Assembly: GCF_009914755.1 (NCBI RefSeq) | Contig: NC_060947.1 | Length of the DNA stretch: 64,000 nucleotides | DNA from: the human T2T-CHM13v2.0 reference genome, Homo sapiens | Strand: one strand, 5' to 3' | Part shown: in pieces, positions 35,593 to 61,370 of the stretch | Position numbering within the stretch: position 1 is the first letter of the stretch | Layout: every line of letters begins with the position of its first letter | The notes under the pieces: generated by a model | What the model saw: the letters and a program-made list of their open reading frames with translations, nothing else | The model's database searches: none | Told to the model about the DNA's origin: nothing | Translations under genes and position numbers: made by a program

Positions 35593-36688
35593 TGCTAGTC
35601 TGTCTCCTGGAGATGTTTGCAATTTTCCATAGCAAGTCTAAAGAGTGAAGTGTGTATGATCCTGCAGTGGATCCATCATTACACATTTTTGTCCAAACCC
35701 ACTGAACGTCCAACAGCAAACTGAAGCCTCATGTGAGCACCGATACTGGTTCATTGACAGCAACAGATGGGAAGCTGGGGGCTGGCAGGGGGCACACAGG
35801 AACTCTGACCTTTTCACTCAGTTTTGCTGTGAACCTAAAATGGCTCTAAGAAGGAAAGTTTACAAAAACAAAAAAGGAATGGAATACACGTAGAAAGTTC
35901 CTGGTGCAGAGGCAGGACTGGCATCACCATCGTTTCCTCCCTGGTGAGCCGCTCCTCCAGGGCACCCCTGTGCCTCCAACCCCACATGTGCCTGCTCCAG
36001 AAGCACTTTTGTCTTCTGAGGCTCTGTCTGCGCTCTGTACTCTTCCTGGGATTGGCTCCTAAGTCCATCGCCCCTAACGTCGCCCCATGAAGGACACCAC
36101 AGTGCCTCCCATCTAGGAACTGCCTTCTCTCCTTTCGCTGAACTCAGACTGCTTCTGGGCCTCTGGAGTTGATATTCCAGCAAAATTGCTTCTAATTTGC
36201 TGGCTCTCGCTTAGCAAAGGGAGGTATTAACCGTAACCTGGGAGAGACGCAAAAAGCCCAAGTGACTCGACCCCTCACAACCCTGACTTCAAAGGCAGCC
36301 GAAGTCTGTGGGCGACATGTGCTCCTGGATGATGATGGGGTGTGGTGGGGGCCTGGGCTGGTGTTAATCCCAATCCCTGTCCCTGTCCGTACAGGCCTGC
36401 ACTGGGTCAGAGGGAGTTGTTGAGTCAGCTTCCTGCAGCCCGAGTGTGCAATCTTCTCTGCCAGACGAAAAGAGTCCCACTGCTCTGTTGACTGCTTGAG
36501 TCACATCTCAGTCGCAGCGGGGCCTGTTGGTGGCAGGAGCCCTGGAGACAAAAGGCTGTCTGCTCGGGCTGTGGGAGCAGGTTGGTTAAGACTCTGGAAT
36601 CTGTCCTCCCGCACCCCAGAGGACACCGCCACCTCTGACTCCACACTGACAACAGCATCTGAAGGCATTTCTTCTGTGGGGCCATCAC

Positions 36689-36694
36689 TTTATT
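36689..36694 (-). terminator. FAM3A poly(A) signal (AATAAA)
   Basis: tttatt on + strand, about 620 nt past the stop. Confidence 0.8.
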
Positions 36695-37311
36695 AAGGGG
36701 TCATCTAGAAGGTGGGCCCCCTGACAAACCGCGGGACTGTGATCGGGCTCCAGCTACTTCACCACCCCGGGCCAGCCTGCTCCAGGGGTCCCTTCCTGCT
36801 GAGAGCAGGCGAGAGGCAGTCAGGCTCATGAAGCAGCCACCGGGTTTGGCTCACTGGAAGGAATCACACTGGAAACATGTTTAGCCCGCAGTGCAGAGTG
36901 GCTCCAGAAGGGAGAGGTTCTGGAAGACGCCCCAACCTGCCGGGCTGCTCCCAGAGTTGCACAGTGAGGGGCAGGCACCCAGGGCCGTTCCAGGACTCAA
37001 GATGGGGATGGAGATGGCGTGAGGAATGGAGGACAGGGCTAGATGGGCTGACCGGGGGGAACAGTGTTACGAAAAGGAGGCGGGTACCCTGGGCTCCCGT
37101 GACAAAGTGCGGCAGGGCTACCCCCTGCAGCCCCCATAGCCCCCACCACCTTGAGACCACGTTCTGGTCACTGCCTCGGAGCCCCGATGTGTTGGGGCCA
37201 GGGAGCGCTCCTGCCCGGGTGTGGGGTGTGAGCCTCAGCCTCTGTCCGCCCGGCAGCGCGCGTGCCTCCCTTGGTCTGGCCTCCCTCGGCCCGGTCCTGG
37301 CACTGGCCGTG

Positions 37312-37407
37312 CTAGCTGGCCGTGCTTCTCCGCGGGATACAGCCTTCCATCTCCAGCGCCTCGGGCCAGCCTTCGTACTTGTTGCTGTGCTTACTGTTCT
37401 TCACGTG
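37312..37407 (-). CDS. FAM3A: FAM3A exon 9
   Basis: cag|CACGTG; [31 protein letters not shown] then TAG; nine exons total 693 nt = 230 aa. Confidence 0.96.
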   Translation of the reverse strand, partial: HVKNSKHSNKYEGWPEALEMEGCIPRRSTAS

Positions 37408-37703
37408 CTGTGGGGAGGGGAGCAGAAAGTCATGACTTTGGCCCTCAGGGACAGGGGACAGGAGTGGACCAGGACCCAGGCTGTCAGTCAACTGTGCTGT
37501 GTTGGCCAACGGTGTACTCTCAGGGCACTTGGCCCCTCCACCCATCCCAGGGAAACATGGCATCAGCTGCACTGGCCCACCCCTCATAGCTGGACTGGGG
37601 ACGGTCCCCTGCTGGGGCGTGAGCAGCTGGGGAGGCTCGTCGCATGCAGGCAGAAGGGGCGACAGGCTGCCCCGGTGGGGGTGATGCCAGGCACCCCCCA
37701 TAC

Positions 37704-37830
37704 CTGCTCAAAGGGGCTCTTGTTCTGCACACCCTTGGCCCCGACAAACACCCAGCTGTCCCGGAAGGCCAGCTCCTTGGCGTTCCTGCTGCCCAGCTCA
37801 CTGAAGAGCTTTCTGGTCTCTTCATTCATC
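37704..37830 (-). CDS. FAM3A: FAM3A exon 8
   Basis: [42 protein letters not shown]|gtatgg. Confidence 0.96.
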
Positions 37831-37906
37831 CTGCAGCATGGGAGGAAGGGGTGTCAGCTGTTGCTGCAGAAGGGCAAGGCTGAGGCTGGCCTCCCCAAGC
37901 ACCTAC

Positions 37907-37991
37907 TTGGTGGCTGGGTCGTCGTAGGATGCCACGAACACCAGGGTGCCTTCGTGCAGTGGCCGAATAAACTTCAACAGGTCGTTGACAT
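37907..37991 (-). CDS. FAM3A: FAM3A exon 7
   Basis: DVNDLLKFIRPLHEGTLVFVASYDDPATK, canonical AG/GT ends. Confidence 0.96.
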
Positions 37992-38311
37992 CTGGGGGGG
38001 CAGGTGCCACGGAACAGGGGTCATCAGGCACCACTGAGCACCCTCCCACAAGCCCGTTCTCCAAACAAGGAAACAGAAGTAGGGATTGGGCCTGGGACAT
38101 GCCCCGCCAAGGGACAGGCTGGTGTAGGAAGCTGAGGCATCCCCGTGACCTCCCACAGCCTCCAGACCAAGCTGGCGATGCCCCTGTCCTTTCTGAACCC
38201 ACGGAGGTGACTGAGAAGCTCCAAGTACAGACAGAGAGAGCAGTGTCTCAGGGGAAGCTGCCCAGGTCATTTTGCTGCAGTCAAAATGCAAGACGCTGCG
38301 CTGCAACTCAC

Positions 38312-38362
38312 CTCCGGCCCACATGTCAAAGGCCCGGGCCTCGATGAGCTCGCCGCTGACCC
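38312..38362 (-). CDS. FAM3A: FAM3A exon 6
   Basis: GVSGELIEARAFDMWAG, canonical AG/GT ends. Confidence 0.94.
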
Positions 38363-38789
38363 CTGTGTCAGGAGGGAGGGGCCCTGCTGGGTAAGCCAGG
38401 CCAGCCTCAGGGCACGGCAGGCGGGTAGCACCGGGGGTGGGGGGCAGCCCTTCTGGAAGCTTTCAAACAGTCCCCCAATATTCATCCATTTGTTCAGGCA
38501 GCTGCATCCCACCCCAAGCCGTGGTGCCTCTGTCTGGCATTTGAGGCCCTCCGGGGGCTCTCCATGAAGCACCCTCAACCTCCCAGAACCTTCCCTAGTT
38601 CTTTATTGCCATCATGCTTTTTTGTTCATTGGGTCACTCCTCTGTGGAGCCTTGCGCTTGCACAGACTCCTTCCCAGGCCTCCCTGGGAGATCTTGAATG
38701 GGAGGGGAAGGGAGGGCAAACACCCAGAGGCCTCCTGGGGAGGGAGCAGGGAAGGAGGGCGGCAGGCCACGCTCAGCCAGGGGCCTCAC

Positions 38790-38848
38790 CGTTCACCAGG
38801 GCGATGTTCAGCCCGCGGCCCACGTTGTCCTTGACGCTGCTCATCAGC
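38790..38848 (-). CDS. FAM3A: FAM3A exon 5
   Basis: LMSSVKDNVGRGLNIALVN, canonical AG/GT ends. Confidence 0.94.
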
Positions 38849-38974
38849 CTAGTTGGGGGGGGGTGGGGGGGACGGGGAGATCCCACATGGGCACGTCTGC
38901 TCCACTCTCCCTTGCAGACCCGGCCCTGGATCCCCCACTCCCTCCCTGATCCCCAGTCACCCCAGGGAGCTCAC

Positions 38975-39098
38975 ATCTTGTCCTCGAGGCAGATCTTGGG
39001 CCCAATGACGTTGGCGGCCCCGCTGACCACGCGGAAGGCCAGGTGCTCCTCAGGACACGGCTGGGGCAGGCCACACTTGTACTTCCTGGCCCGTGGCG
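38975..39098 (-). CDS. FAM3A: FAM3A exon 4
   Basis: PRARKYKCGLPQPCPEEHLAFRVVSGAANVIGPKICLEDK. Confidence 0.95.
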
Positions 39099-39528
39099 CT
39101 GGGCAGGGATAGCAGGTGTTATCCATGGGCCTGGCCCTGAGGTCACCTGAGATCTGAAGGGGAGGTCAGGACCAGCACACATGGTAGAACAAGTGACCGC
39201 AGAGCAGGACACAAGTAGGGGGATGTGGCTCAGGCCGAGGCTGGGGACACTTCCATACTCTGTGTCCTACTGGTGAGGCCACAGGGACCCAAGACAGAAG
39301 GATTTTCTGTTACTGGTGGGAGAAAAGAAAGGATGCTGAGGGCTGGCCTGGGCCACTGCACAGCCAGGAACAAAGCAGGGGTGAAGTAAGTCAGGCTGGG
39401 GGTCTAGCTGCATGGATGAGGCCAACCTGAGCAAAGGCAGTGTGGCAGGGGGTAGTGTGGCAGGGGGTGCAGCCTGTCTCCCGATTTTGATGGGGGTTGG
39501 TTGGGAGGACTGGAGCAGGATGGCTTCT

Positions 39529-42210
<2,682 letters not shown>

Positions 42211-42350
42211 AGGTTGACAGTGGCAAGCAGCCCCCGTGGACCACCACAGCTGGTTTGGGGAGGAATAAATGGAAAACCGAAGCCCTACGGGACCGGGGGC
42301 AGGCAGGGATGTCACAAAGGGGAGGAGCAGGGAGGTGACAGGGGCCTTAC

Positions 42351-42374
42351 CTGCAGTCACCGAGCTCTCTGGAC
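42351..42374 (-). CDS. FAM3A: FAM3A exon 3 (24-nt micro-exon)
   Basis: cag|GTCCAGAGAGCTCGGTGACTGCAG|gtaagg; encodes (S)PESSVTA(A). Confidence 0.9.
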
Positions 42375-42565
42375 CTGTGGATACAGAGTGGTTTCTGTTA
42401 GTGTGGAGCCTCCCGGGGCCTGCGGCAGGGCAGCCTGGCCCTCCTTACACCGCGAAGTGTAGACACAGGCAGTCAGGCTCAGGGGCCGGGGGCTAAGCCA
42501 GGCCGACCTTGGCATGCTTCCTGCTCAAGTGTAAGTCATGTTCAGATGAAAAACTCCCTACTCTA

Positions 42566-42970
<405 letters not shown>

Positions 42971-43313
42971 TCAACAAGGTGGAGAGTCCCCTCTCCATCT
43001 CAGAGCCTGCAGGGAGCAACCGGGGCATCACTCCCCATGTTCAGTGGAAGCTCCCTACCCCTTACTCTGGCCCTACTGACTCCAGTTGGGCATATAATTC
43101 TAGTGATCAGGTATTGGCTTTCCTAGATGAAGCAACTGGGTGTTGGGGGAGGCTGCGCCTGATGCCAGGAGACAGACTGGGGACAGCCAAAGGTAGCCTG
43201 CCAGGGAGGAGATAGAAAACCCAAGTCAACTCCCAACCCAGAGCCTCAACCACAGGCCCAGGTGGCCACCTTGGTGGCCTCCAGAGAAGGATAAGGCGGG
43301 GTCCCACACTCAC

Positions 43314-43427
43314 TGGTGAAGAGTTGCTGGATGCGAGGAAAGCCACTGCCAGGCCCACCCAGGAGGATGCTGACCACGATCCATGTGACACCCACACTGA
43401 CGACTAGGACCACAATGCGGAGAGGGC
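43314..43427 (-). CDS. FAM3A: FAM3A exon 2 (signal peptide)
   Basis: GPLRIVVLVVSVGVTWIVVSILLGGPGSGFPRIQQLFT|gtgagt. Confidence 0.95.
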
Positions 43428-43840
43428 CTGGAGGCAGGATAGACACAGGGTGGGGTCACCTCAGATACCAGCGAACCCCAGAATGACCCCATAGCCTTGC
43501 ATGACTGGATCTCCCCTGCCACTTGGGAAGAAGTGGCTGGAGGACAAGGAGGTGGAGACCTGTTGCCTTCTACCAGGGCTGAAAGGGAGACTTGAGCTCC
43601 CTGGCAGGTGGAAGGAGGAAATTGAGTTCAAATCCCAAGGCTGCTGGGTTTGGTTTTCCCTGGCGGGTCTGGGAGGGGGCCTTCCAGAACTCTCTGCTCG
43701 AGAAGGGCTCCAGCCCTCTTTCCAAGAACCCCCTCAACTTCCTGCCTCTGAAACCACCAATATATTTGGGCATCCACCTGCCCCTGCTTTCCTCCTGTTC
43801 TGAGGGAGAAGGGTCCCTACTCCCTTTTAAGACCAGTCCC

Positions 43841-46010
<2,170 letters not shown>

Positions 46011-46149
46011 CTACCTGCGTTGGGAGATACTGACTATACTAATCCTCATGTCATAGCTCGGGGAGCTGACGTCCTCAGAGGTGAAAGGATTTGGTTAAGG
46101 TCAAGGAACGAGTGTTTGTGCAGAGTCCTCCATTTCCAAAACCAAACCC

Positions 46150-47060
46150 AGTGGTTCACCCGGGCCTCTCCAGACACAGATGTCGCGACGCTGGGCCTCC
46201 AGCCAGGTGCCCTTTTCAACTCCCTCCCGTTCGCTGTGGAAGCCACCCACCTGCCAACCTCATGTCCACTTCTCCTGCTGGGTTGGGACCGCCGGCAAGT
46301 GCACTGTTTGGGGGCAAAGCGGAAGGACAGGTTTGGGTGGGGGTCAGGGGCAAGCCTGTGCGGGACCCCTGCTGGGGGCGGGCGCGATCGGTGCTACGAC
46401 CTGTTTGTCCAGCCGCCCGGCCAGGCAGGGCTCCTCGGAAACGCGCGGGGAAACCCTGCCTGGCCAGGAGGGGCCTCAGGAACCCGTTGGCTCACGATCT
46501 TGCCCACAGGAGCCTCCGGGGCTGGGACGAAGATGTGGTTCTCCTGGGCTCGGGCCGTTCCTCCGGGCCTGGGGGCTGGCGATGCGGGCCGGGCCGGAGA
46601 TTTCTCTGGCCGTGGGGAGACGTGGGCTCGGTCAGGGAGGTTCCCTGTCAGGCCCGCCGACCCGCTCCGCCCCCGGAGAGGACGCAAGGCCGCTGCGCAG
46701 GGTGGCCAGGCAGGCCCGGCAATGGCGGCTAAGGGCGGGGCCACAGCCCGCCGGCCCCGCCCCCGGCAGCAGCTGCGCCGTCTGGCTCCACGCAGGCCCC
46801 GCCTCCAGACCCGCCTCTACCGCTCGCGCTGGCCGCCGCATGGGAGGGGCCTGAACCTGTCCCGCCCCGAACCTGTCCCGCCCCTGGATCCCTCGTCGGC
46901 CCCACCTCCGCGGTGCGTTCAGGCTGAACCCACCGGCCGCCGAGTGGGAGGGGCCCACGTCGGTCCCGCCCCGGAAGTCTCCCCTCGGCCCTTTCTCGGG
47001 TGGGAGAGCCCTGCCTACCCAGGCTTAGAGGGCTGGGGCTGCGCTTGCACCCTGAGGTCA
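46150..47060. promoter_or_regulatory. CpG island / FAM3A promoter
   Basis: CpG dense, GC boxes, CCGGAAGT ETS site near 46971. Confidence 0.85.
46251..46263 (-). CDS. FAM3A: FAM3A exon 1 coding part
   Basis: gacATGAGGTTGGCAG|gtgggt; MRLA(G). Confidence 0.9.
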
Positions 47061-49060
47061 GATTTGTGAGTCGTGGGAAGACGCAGATGGATCTGGGGCA
47101 GAATTAGAACCTGTTCCAAAGTTGATCCATGCGCTTTGTAAAGGCAAGGGAGGTACAGAGGCGCAGATAGGGAAGACCGCAGGATCCAGCGTGAGCCTCT
47201 GGCTGCCTTTCCTTAGGGTCTGTTTTCTGTCCAGAAGCGCGTTCCTGCTGTCTCTCGTTATCACTTTTATAATGGGACGGGGCGTCTCAAACTATTTCGA
47301 CATCCTTGAAAACTCTTGCCTGCTCCGCCTGCCTGGTCTCTAACACCCTCCTCCTCAGAGCTGCTCAAGCTGTGTTGTTTACGCCACACCCCACCCTAAA
47401 AGCAGAGGAGAATACAACTTTCGGGGGCAGTGGAGGGGGGAGTTTAGCGCTATAACCCGAGGCTTTCACAGCAAACCAGAATTTATTTTGAGGCCTCTCA
47501 GGTTCAGCTTTCAAGTCACGTGACTTTCGCGTCCTACACAACTCTTATTTTCACTTGAAAACAAGTGTGACGTCGTGAATTCCCTAACAATAGGAAAAAA
47601 GAAGGCTCCAGAAAGAGCGGTGCTTGGCTTTCCCAGCGGCTCCAAGCGGTGCCCGGCACCCAGCTGGCTGTATGGACCTGGGGTGGTCTCCGGCCGCAGG
47701 CAGACGCGGCCCTTCGGCCTTTCTCCAGTCACCCCAATTCTCCCTGACTGCCTGGCTATCTCCCCTCCGCGCCTGCCCGCACGCTGCCCCCAACACTGCC
47801 CGGGCTCCCTCTGCCCATGAGAACACGGGTCAAGCTCCCGTCCCTTCTGCCCTGCCGGCTGCCCCAAGTGCGCCCTGACCACCTACTGCGCTGGCATGGC
47901 CGGGGCCACCCTGACAGCTGATCCATCATCTGTCTGGAGAGCAGCAGCAGGGCCCAATGAGAACCACGGAAACCTCCCTGCCCTTTGACCCAACTTACGG
48001 GAATCTCCTACCCTTAGGGAAACAATGCAAAATATAGAGAAAGTTTATAGAGCCGGGCATGGGAGAGCCCTGGTTAGAATCCAGCAGCTTCTATACTGGA
48101 GTACTCAACAGGGTCAAGGTCCCTTTCAGCTGCCTGCTGCTGGGGCCAGGGCTTTGCATTTGCGTTTTGTCATGGAATTTGACAGCCTCTCAAGTAATTA
48201 TGGTAACGAATCTTGGGCTCCATGCCCTCCTCAGGGGGGCCCAGTCGAAGAAGCTCCAGGTTACTCACACCCTTGAGCTGCCAGCCGGTGTTTTTCAAAG
48301 ACAATATTTACATGTTGTTCAGAGCAGGCATTTATGAAAGTGTTGCTTTAATGAGTCCCCCTGAGCATTCCGAGACAACTCTCCCTTCCTTGGGGACACC
48401 ACGTGGGTGATGGGCCAGAGGCCTGGGATTCAGTTCCACGTCTTCCGTGCTTCCTGGGGCAGCCTTGCAAAAGTCCCTTATTTTCTCTGGGATGGTTTGG
48501 ATTCCTGTGGGGGTCTGGCCAGCACGGTGACTAGAGCACATGGTCTGTCACCATCCAGGCCAACGTCCTGGGGTACACTCACAGTCATCTGTTCTTCCAG
48601 GTCAGCCCTCATAGATCAGGGCAGCTTCAGCAGTTCTCAAATAGCAGATGTTACAAAATGGGGGTGGGCAATCCTGCAGCAGACGTCTCTGCACTTTCTG
48701 TTAGAAGGACACCCCAGGTATTTTTGAGCACTGTTCTGAAGACGGAAAAATCCAGAGTATACATACACTTAAAGCTGGGAGGGGCACCTGCCGGGGAGAA
48801 TGCATAAGGGATAGAAACAAAAACAGAGGGCCGAAGCCTCTGCCAGGCAGAAGACACTGAGTTCTCAGCAAAGAGAACACCTTTCAGTGCTGTGGTCAAA
48901 GGGATGTCAAGCCTCCTGAGGCCCGGAAAGAGCAGGAAACTGAGGGCAGAATTGGAAAAAATCAAGTTACAGACACACACCACGGGATAACCTCTATACA
49001 GAGAGGAGCACACCCAAAATAATACTATATATTTATAGATGTACTTTTGTATTGGGGTAA

Positions 49061-52558
<3,498 letters not shown>

Positions 52559-53106
52559 CCAAGGGGCCAAGGCAGGCGGATCATGAGGTCAGGAGTTCGA
52601 GACCAGCCTGGCCAAGAGACCAGCCTGGCCAATATGGTGAAACCCCCGTCTCTACTAAAAATACAAAAATTAGCCAGGCATGGTGGCGGGTGCCTGTAAT
52701 CTCAGCTACTGGGGAGGCTGAGGCAGGATAATTGCTTGAACCCAGGAGGTGGAGGTTGTGGCGAGCCGAGATCATGCCACTGTACTCCAGCAGCCTGGGC
52801 AATAAGGGTGAGACTTCATCTCACCAAAAAAAAAAAAAAAAAGCAGCTCCACTAGGAAGACTAAAATACTAAAATGATGGTGTGCTAACTTGAACAGTTA
52901 GGTTGTTGTACAAGAAAGGACTTGACAGTTCCCTTTCTGATGTCCTCCAAGACATGGGTTCCATTTATATGCACCTTGTTCTTTCCTCAGACCTGTAACT
53001 TCAGCCTGGAGTTGAGCAGAAACATGGCTTCCTTGTCTTCAAGTCATTCTTGGGCTTCAGAGCGAAGATGCTGGACCTTTGAACCAACAAGCAGGTTACT
53101 GGTACC

Positions 53107-53510
53107 TTTGCCCTGAGAATACGCTGGTGGTGCTTGTGGCTGCAGTGTTTACCCCGAGATAACTTTGCCATGAAGTATCTTCCTTTTATTATTTTTTCAT
53201 CGCTCTAGTATATCGACTTTGGAAACAAAAGACATCACTCTATTTAGAGCATTCCTTTCTTAGTAGTGGTATTTCCATTGACAAAAAAATAGTAATTCTG
53301 AATTGCCGAAAATGTCAAATCGTAGAAAATGTTGTTAGCCGAAGATTCATCTGATGAATCAGATTTTTCCAAAATAGATGATTCTGATGTTAGTTCTGTT
53401 TAGAAATAACTCCAAGTACAGTTTTTATATATTATTTTCACATTGAAAATCAGTCAGATTTACTTCAGCCTCAAAGAGTGTGTTTATGTAAAAATAAATG
53501 AGCACTGGCA
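53107..53510 (+). mobile_element. MER75 (piggyBac-derived MITE), termini lost
   Basis: tttgccctgagaatac...gtttaccccgagataactttgcca...ctctagtatatcgactttggaaacaaaagacatc...cagcctcaaagag matches the MER75 consensus as recalled. Confidence 0.82.
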
Positions 53511-56540
<3,030 letters not shown>

Positions 56541-56855
56541 TCCCACCACGACTTATTATTTCATTAGATCTGGTTAAGTACGGTTATTTTATGTCTGGCT
56601 AACAATTCCAGCGCCTGAAGACCTCACGATCTGTCGCTATTGCTCATTGTTTCTCTTGCAATGTTGTTTCCTGGTGCGCCCGGTTATCTCTGATGATGTG
56701 CTTGCCCTCATGCTTTAAAAAGTACCTGTAGGAGGAAGGAGTCTCTCCTGAGAGGGTTTGCTCTGGGTTCTGTCAGACAGGCAGAACCATCTGCATTGGG
56801 GAACTGCCCATCCAGGACCCCTTAAGCCAAGTGAAAGGCTTAAGGTTCCATGGTC

Positions 56856-56938
56856 AACCCTGGGAATTTGAACCCTGGGAACTTGAACCCTGGGAATTTG
56901 AACCCTGGGAATTTGAACCCTGGGAATTTGCACCCTGG
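56856..56938 (+). repeat. 15-bp minisatellite (AACCCTGGGAATTTG) x5.5
   Basis: Five full units (one with a T>C change) plus a partial unit; no spacers. Confidence 0.95.
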
Positions 56939-58264
56939 CTCAGTTGCAATTCTGGGTTTCCTCTCAGTATGATGGGGCAGCAAGTTGGGGGCCTCAAGAT
57001 TTGATTTCTGTCCTCTTCGCTTTATAGGGCTGTCAAGGAAAAGTTCCTGGGTGGGCAAAGGCAACTTGGGGGTTAATTTGTATCATGGGGTCCTAGTTTT
57101 CTCTGAAAATTTGGCCTTGCAAATGTGTGTGTGTGTGTGTGTGTATGAGTGTGTGTGTGTGTATATATATATATTTATATATATATTTGAGACAGGGTCT
57201 TGCTGTGTGGCCCAGGCTGGAGTGCAATGGTGTGATCATGGCCCAAGTGAACCTCCCACCTCAGTCTCCTGAGTAGCTAGGACTACAGGCATGTGCCAAC
57301 ATGCCCGGCTAATTTTTGTATTATTGTAGAAACAGGGTTTCATCATGTTGCTCTGCTGGTCTGGAACTCTTGGGCTCAAGCAAAATGCCCAAAGTGCTGG
57401 GATTACAGGAGTGAGACACTGTGTCCAGCCATAGAGTCTCACTGTCCTTACAGAAAGCCAGAATTCAGTCTGCTTCTTGTTCCCTCAAAGCTTCCTCGAA
57501 GTGTTCTAGTGGAGGCGAGCAGTGAAGCTCTAGGAGGCAAGAGGCCTTCTCAGGGACCCCAGCTTTGGCCTGTATGTCTGGGTGTCGTCCTGGACTAGTC
57601 TGATCACGTCTCACAGCTGAGTTTCTCAGCTTCTCCTCCTGCAGTACAGGAAGGACAATCCCTTCCGACTGCTTCTCACAGGGAGAGGGCAGTGGTGAGC
57701 CTAGAAAATAAAGGCCCGAAGCCAGCCCCGCCCCATTTGTGCCTCTCCCTCCTCTCCTTTTCTGCTTCGCAGAGCAGACAATGCAACAGTCGCCCCCGCC
57801 CAGCTCAGCCTGAAGACCCCTTCTCCACTCCCATCCCTTTCTGGCTCAGCCACCCGGCAGTGGGCCAGGTTCGGATGGAGGGAGGGAGAGGAGCTGGAGA
57901 GAGTTTTAAGTACTCTCTGGGCTTCTCACATTGCTGGCTTCAGTGGTTGCTGGACGCAAATTGATGTGATGTCAGACACCGGCAGCAGAGAAGGAAGCTA
58001 AGGCATTTGGGTCTGTGCTGCTGTGGCACCTGGGACTCAGTGTGAAGGGATCAGGCTAGGTTTGAAATTCTCTTCCGGCTTAATAATTTGCAGGTCTGGG
58101 CTGGGAGGTAAAGCTCTGAGTACACTGCGAGTGTCAGGGGTCCGGCAGGGGGGCTCTTTCCAGCTCCTACCCACTCCCGCGTGGGGTGAAACCTTGAGAG
58201 ATGAGACACCAATCCAGGGCCTCTGAAGACCCACGAGGTAGAGTGCACTTAACAGTAAATTGTG

Positions 58265-59760
<1,496 letters not shown>

Positions 59761-61054
59761 AGCAAATTGTGGCTGAATTCTTTGGCATTGCAGGCAGAGA
59801 AGGGGTGAAAACAGGGCTCCAGCCTTGAACCGGTCAGCAGGGGTCAGGGAGGCTGAGTGAGTCACCCTATGGAATGGGCCAGGGTGGATCTGGGCTCACA
59901 GGCAAGGGCCTCAGTGCTCCTGTGAGCTCCAAGGGGCTGGGGAGGACTGCCTTCTTGTTCAGGGTACAGCTCGTGTTGTTTTCTCGGGCTTATGTCCATG
60001 TCTCAGTGTGGACACCCGCAACTGAGGTGACAGTGGAATGCCCTGACCTGATCTCTCATTCTCTCCCATTGTGGACCCAGTGCTGTCCTCACCTGGGACC
60101 TCCTGCCTCCACCCAAGTAGGCGCCCAGAGCTGAAGGGACAGTTGCCTGATGGGTTCAGGTGCCAGTGGATGGTCTTCCACCTCCCGGGTTCAAGCGATT
60201 GTCCTGCCTCAGCCTCCTGAGTAGCTGGGACCACAGGTGCCCGCCACCACGCCTGGCAAATTTTTGTATTTTTTTTGGTAGGGACATGTTTTCGTCATGT
60301 TGGTCAGGCTGGTCTTGAACTTCTGGCCTCAAGTGATCTGCCCATCTTGGCTTCCTGAAGTGCTGAGATTACACGCTTGAGCCACTGCGCCTGGCCTTAC
60401 TTGGGTGTTGTTCCCTGCCCTGGAACCTACCCTGCTTAGCCTTACCACACCCCATCAGCCCCCAGCCCAACCCGACTCTCAGCCTTGCCACAGCCCCTTC
60501 TGGAGGCCACAGGAACCAGGACAAGAGGACTAAAACCACTGCCCCTGTGGCCGAAGCCTGGCCCCCAATCCTGTGCACACAGAGCCCACTGAGCCTGTGA
60601 CCTGTCCTTGGCCCCCATCAAGCTCCTTTCCCTATCTAGGGTCCAGGTGAACTTGGCATACTTCCTCCCTCTGAAAACTCAAGAGGTGCCACTCCCCATT
60701 CAGGGCACAGGAAGAGCAAGAATTGAACACCGGGATGCAGCATGTGTCCCTGTTGCCACAGGTCTCACCAGAGGCCTCCTTCGTTCTACGACATCGGGCC
60801 CTGCTACCTGCAGCGCCCAGGGTGCGCGTCCTCACCTGTGCTGCGGGTGGAACACTCCTCCCTGGCCACTTTCCAGGCCACTGGTTTGCTCTCCGCAAAG
60901 GACAAATCCCAGCACCACCTGGTTATTTTGTTCCCTGCCGGCCTCACCTCCTAGAACCCGGGCCACAAGTGCAGGGACCATAGTGTCTGGTTTCGCCATC
61001 TCCCTGGCAGGACACATGCTGCACTGAAACACCCAGGGGCTGTGTGGGGAGCAG

Positions 61055-61370
61055 TGCAGGGGCTGAACAGCGGCCCCCAAATACATGTCTCCTGGGAGTT
61101 CCTGATGTGGCCTTATTTGGAAATAGGAGGTCTGCAGATGTCGCTGAGTTAGGACATAGAAGTCACACCATGGGGAGGCCACGAGAAGACAGGCAGAGTG
61201 AGTGGAGTGAGGTGACCACCAGCCCAAGATGCCTGGTTCCCCAGGAGCTGGAGAGGGCAGGAAGGACCCTCCCCTTGGGCCTCTGGCGGGAGTGCTGGAT
61301 CTTGGACTCTGGCCTCCAGAACTGGGAGAATCAGCCTATGTTGAGAGCTGCCCAGTGTGTGGCCCTTCTG
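61055..61370 (+). mobile_element. MLT1-type MaLR LTR fragment
   Basis: gggctgaac...ccttatttggaaatagg...cttggactctggcctccagaactg. Confidence 0.65.

Noticed and set aside
36877-38037. 386-aa + strand ORF antisense to FAM3A
   Set aside because: No recognisable domain; GC-rich antisense shadow over exons, introns and UTR.
56856-56938. CRISPR-like repeat array
   Set aside because: Units are contiguous with no unique spacers, there are no cas genes, and the DNA is human; it is a minisatellite.
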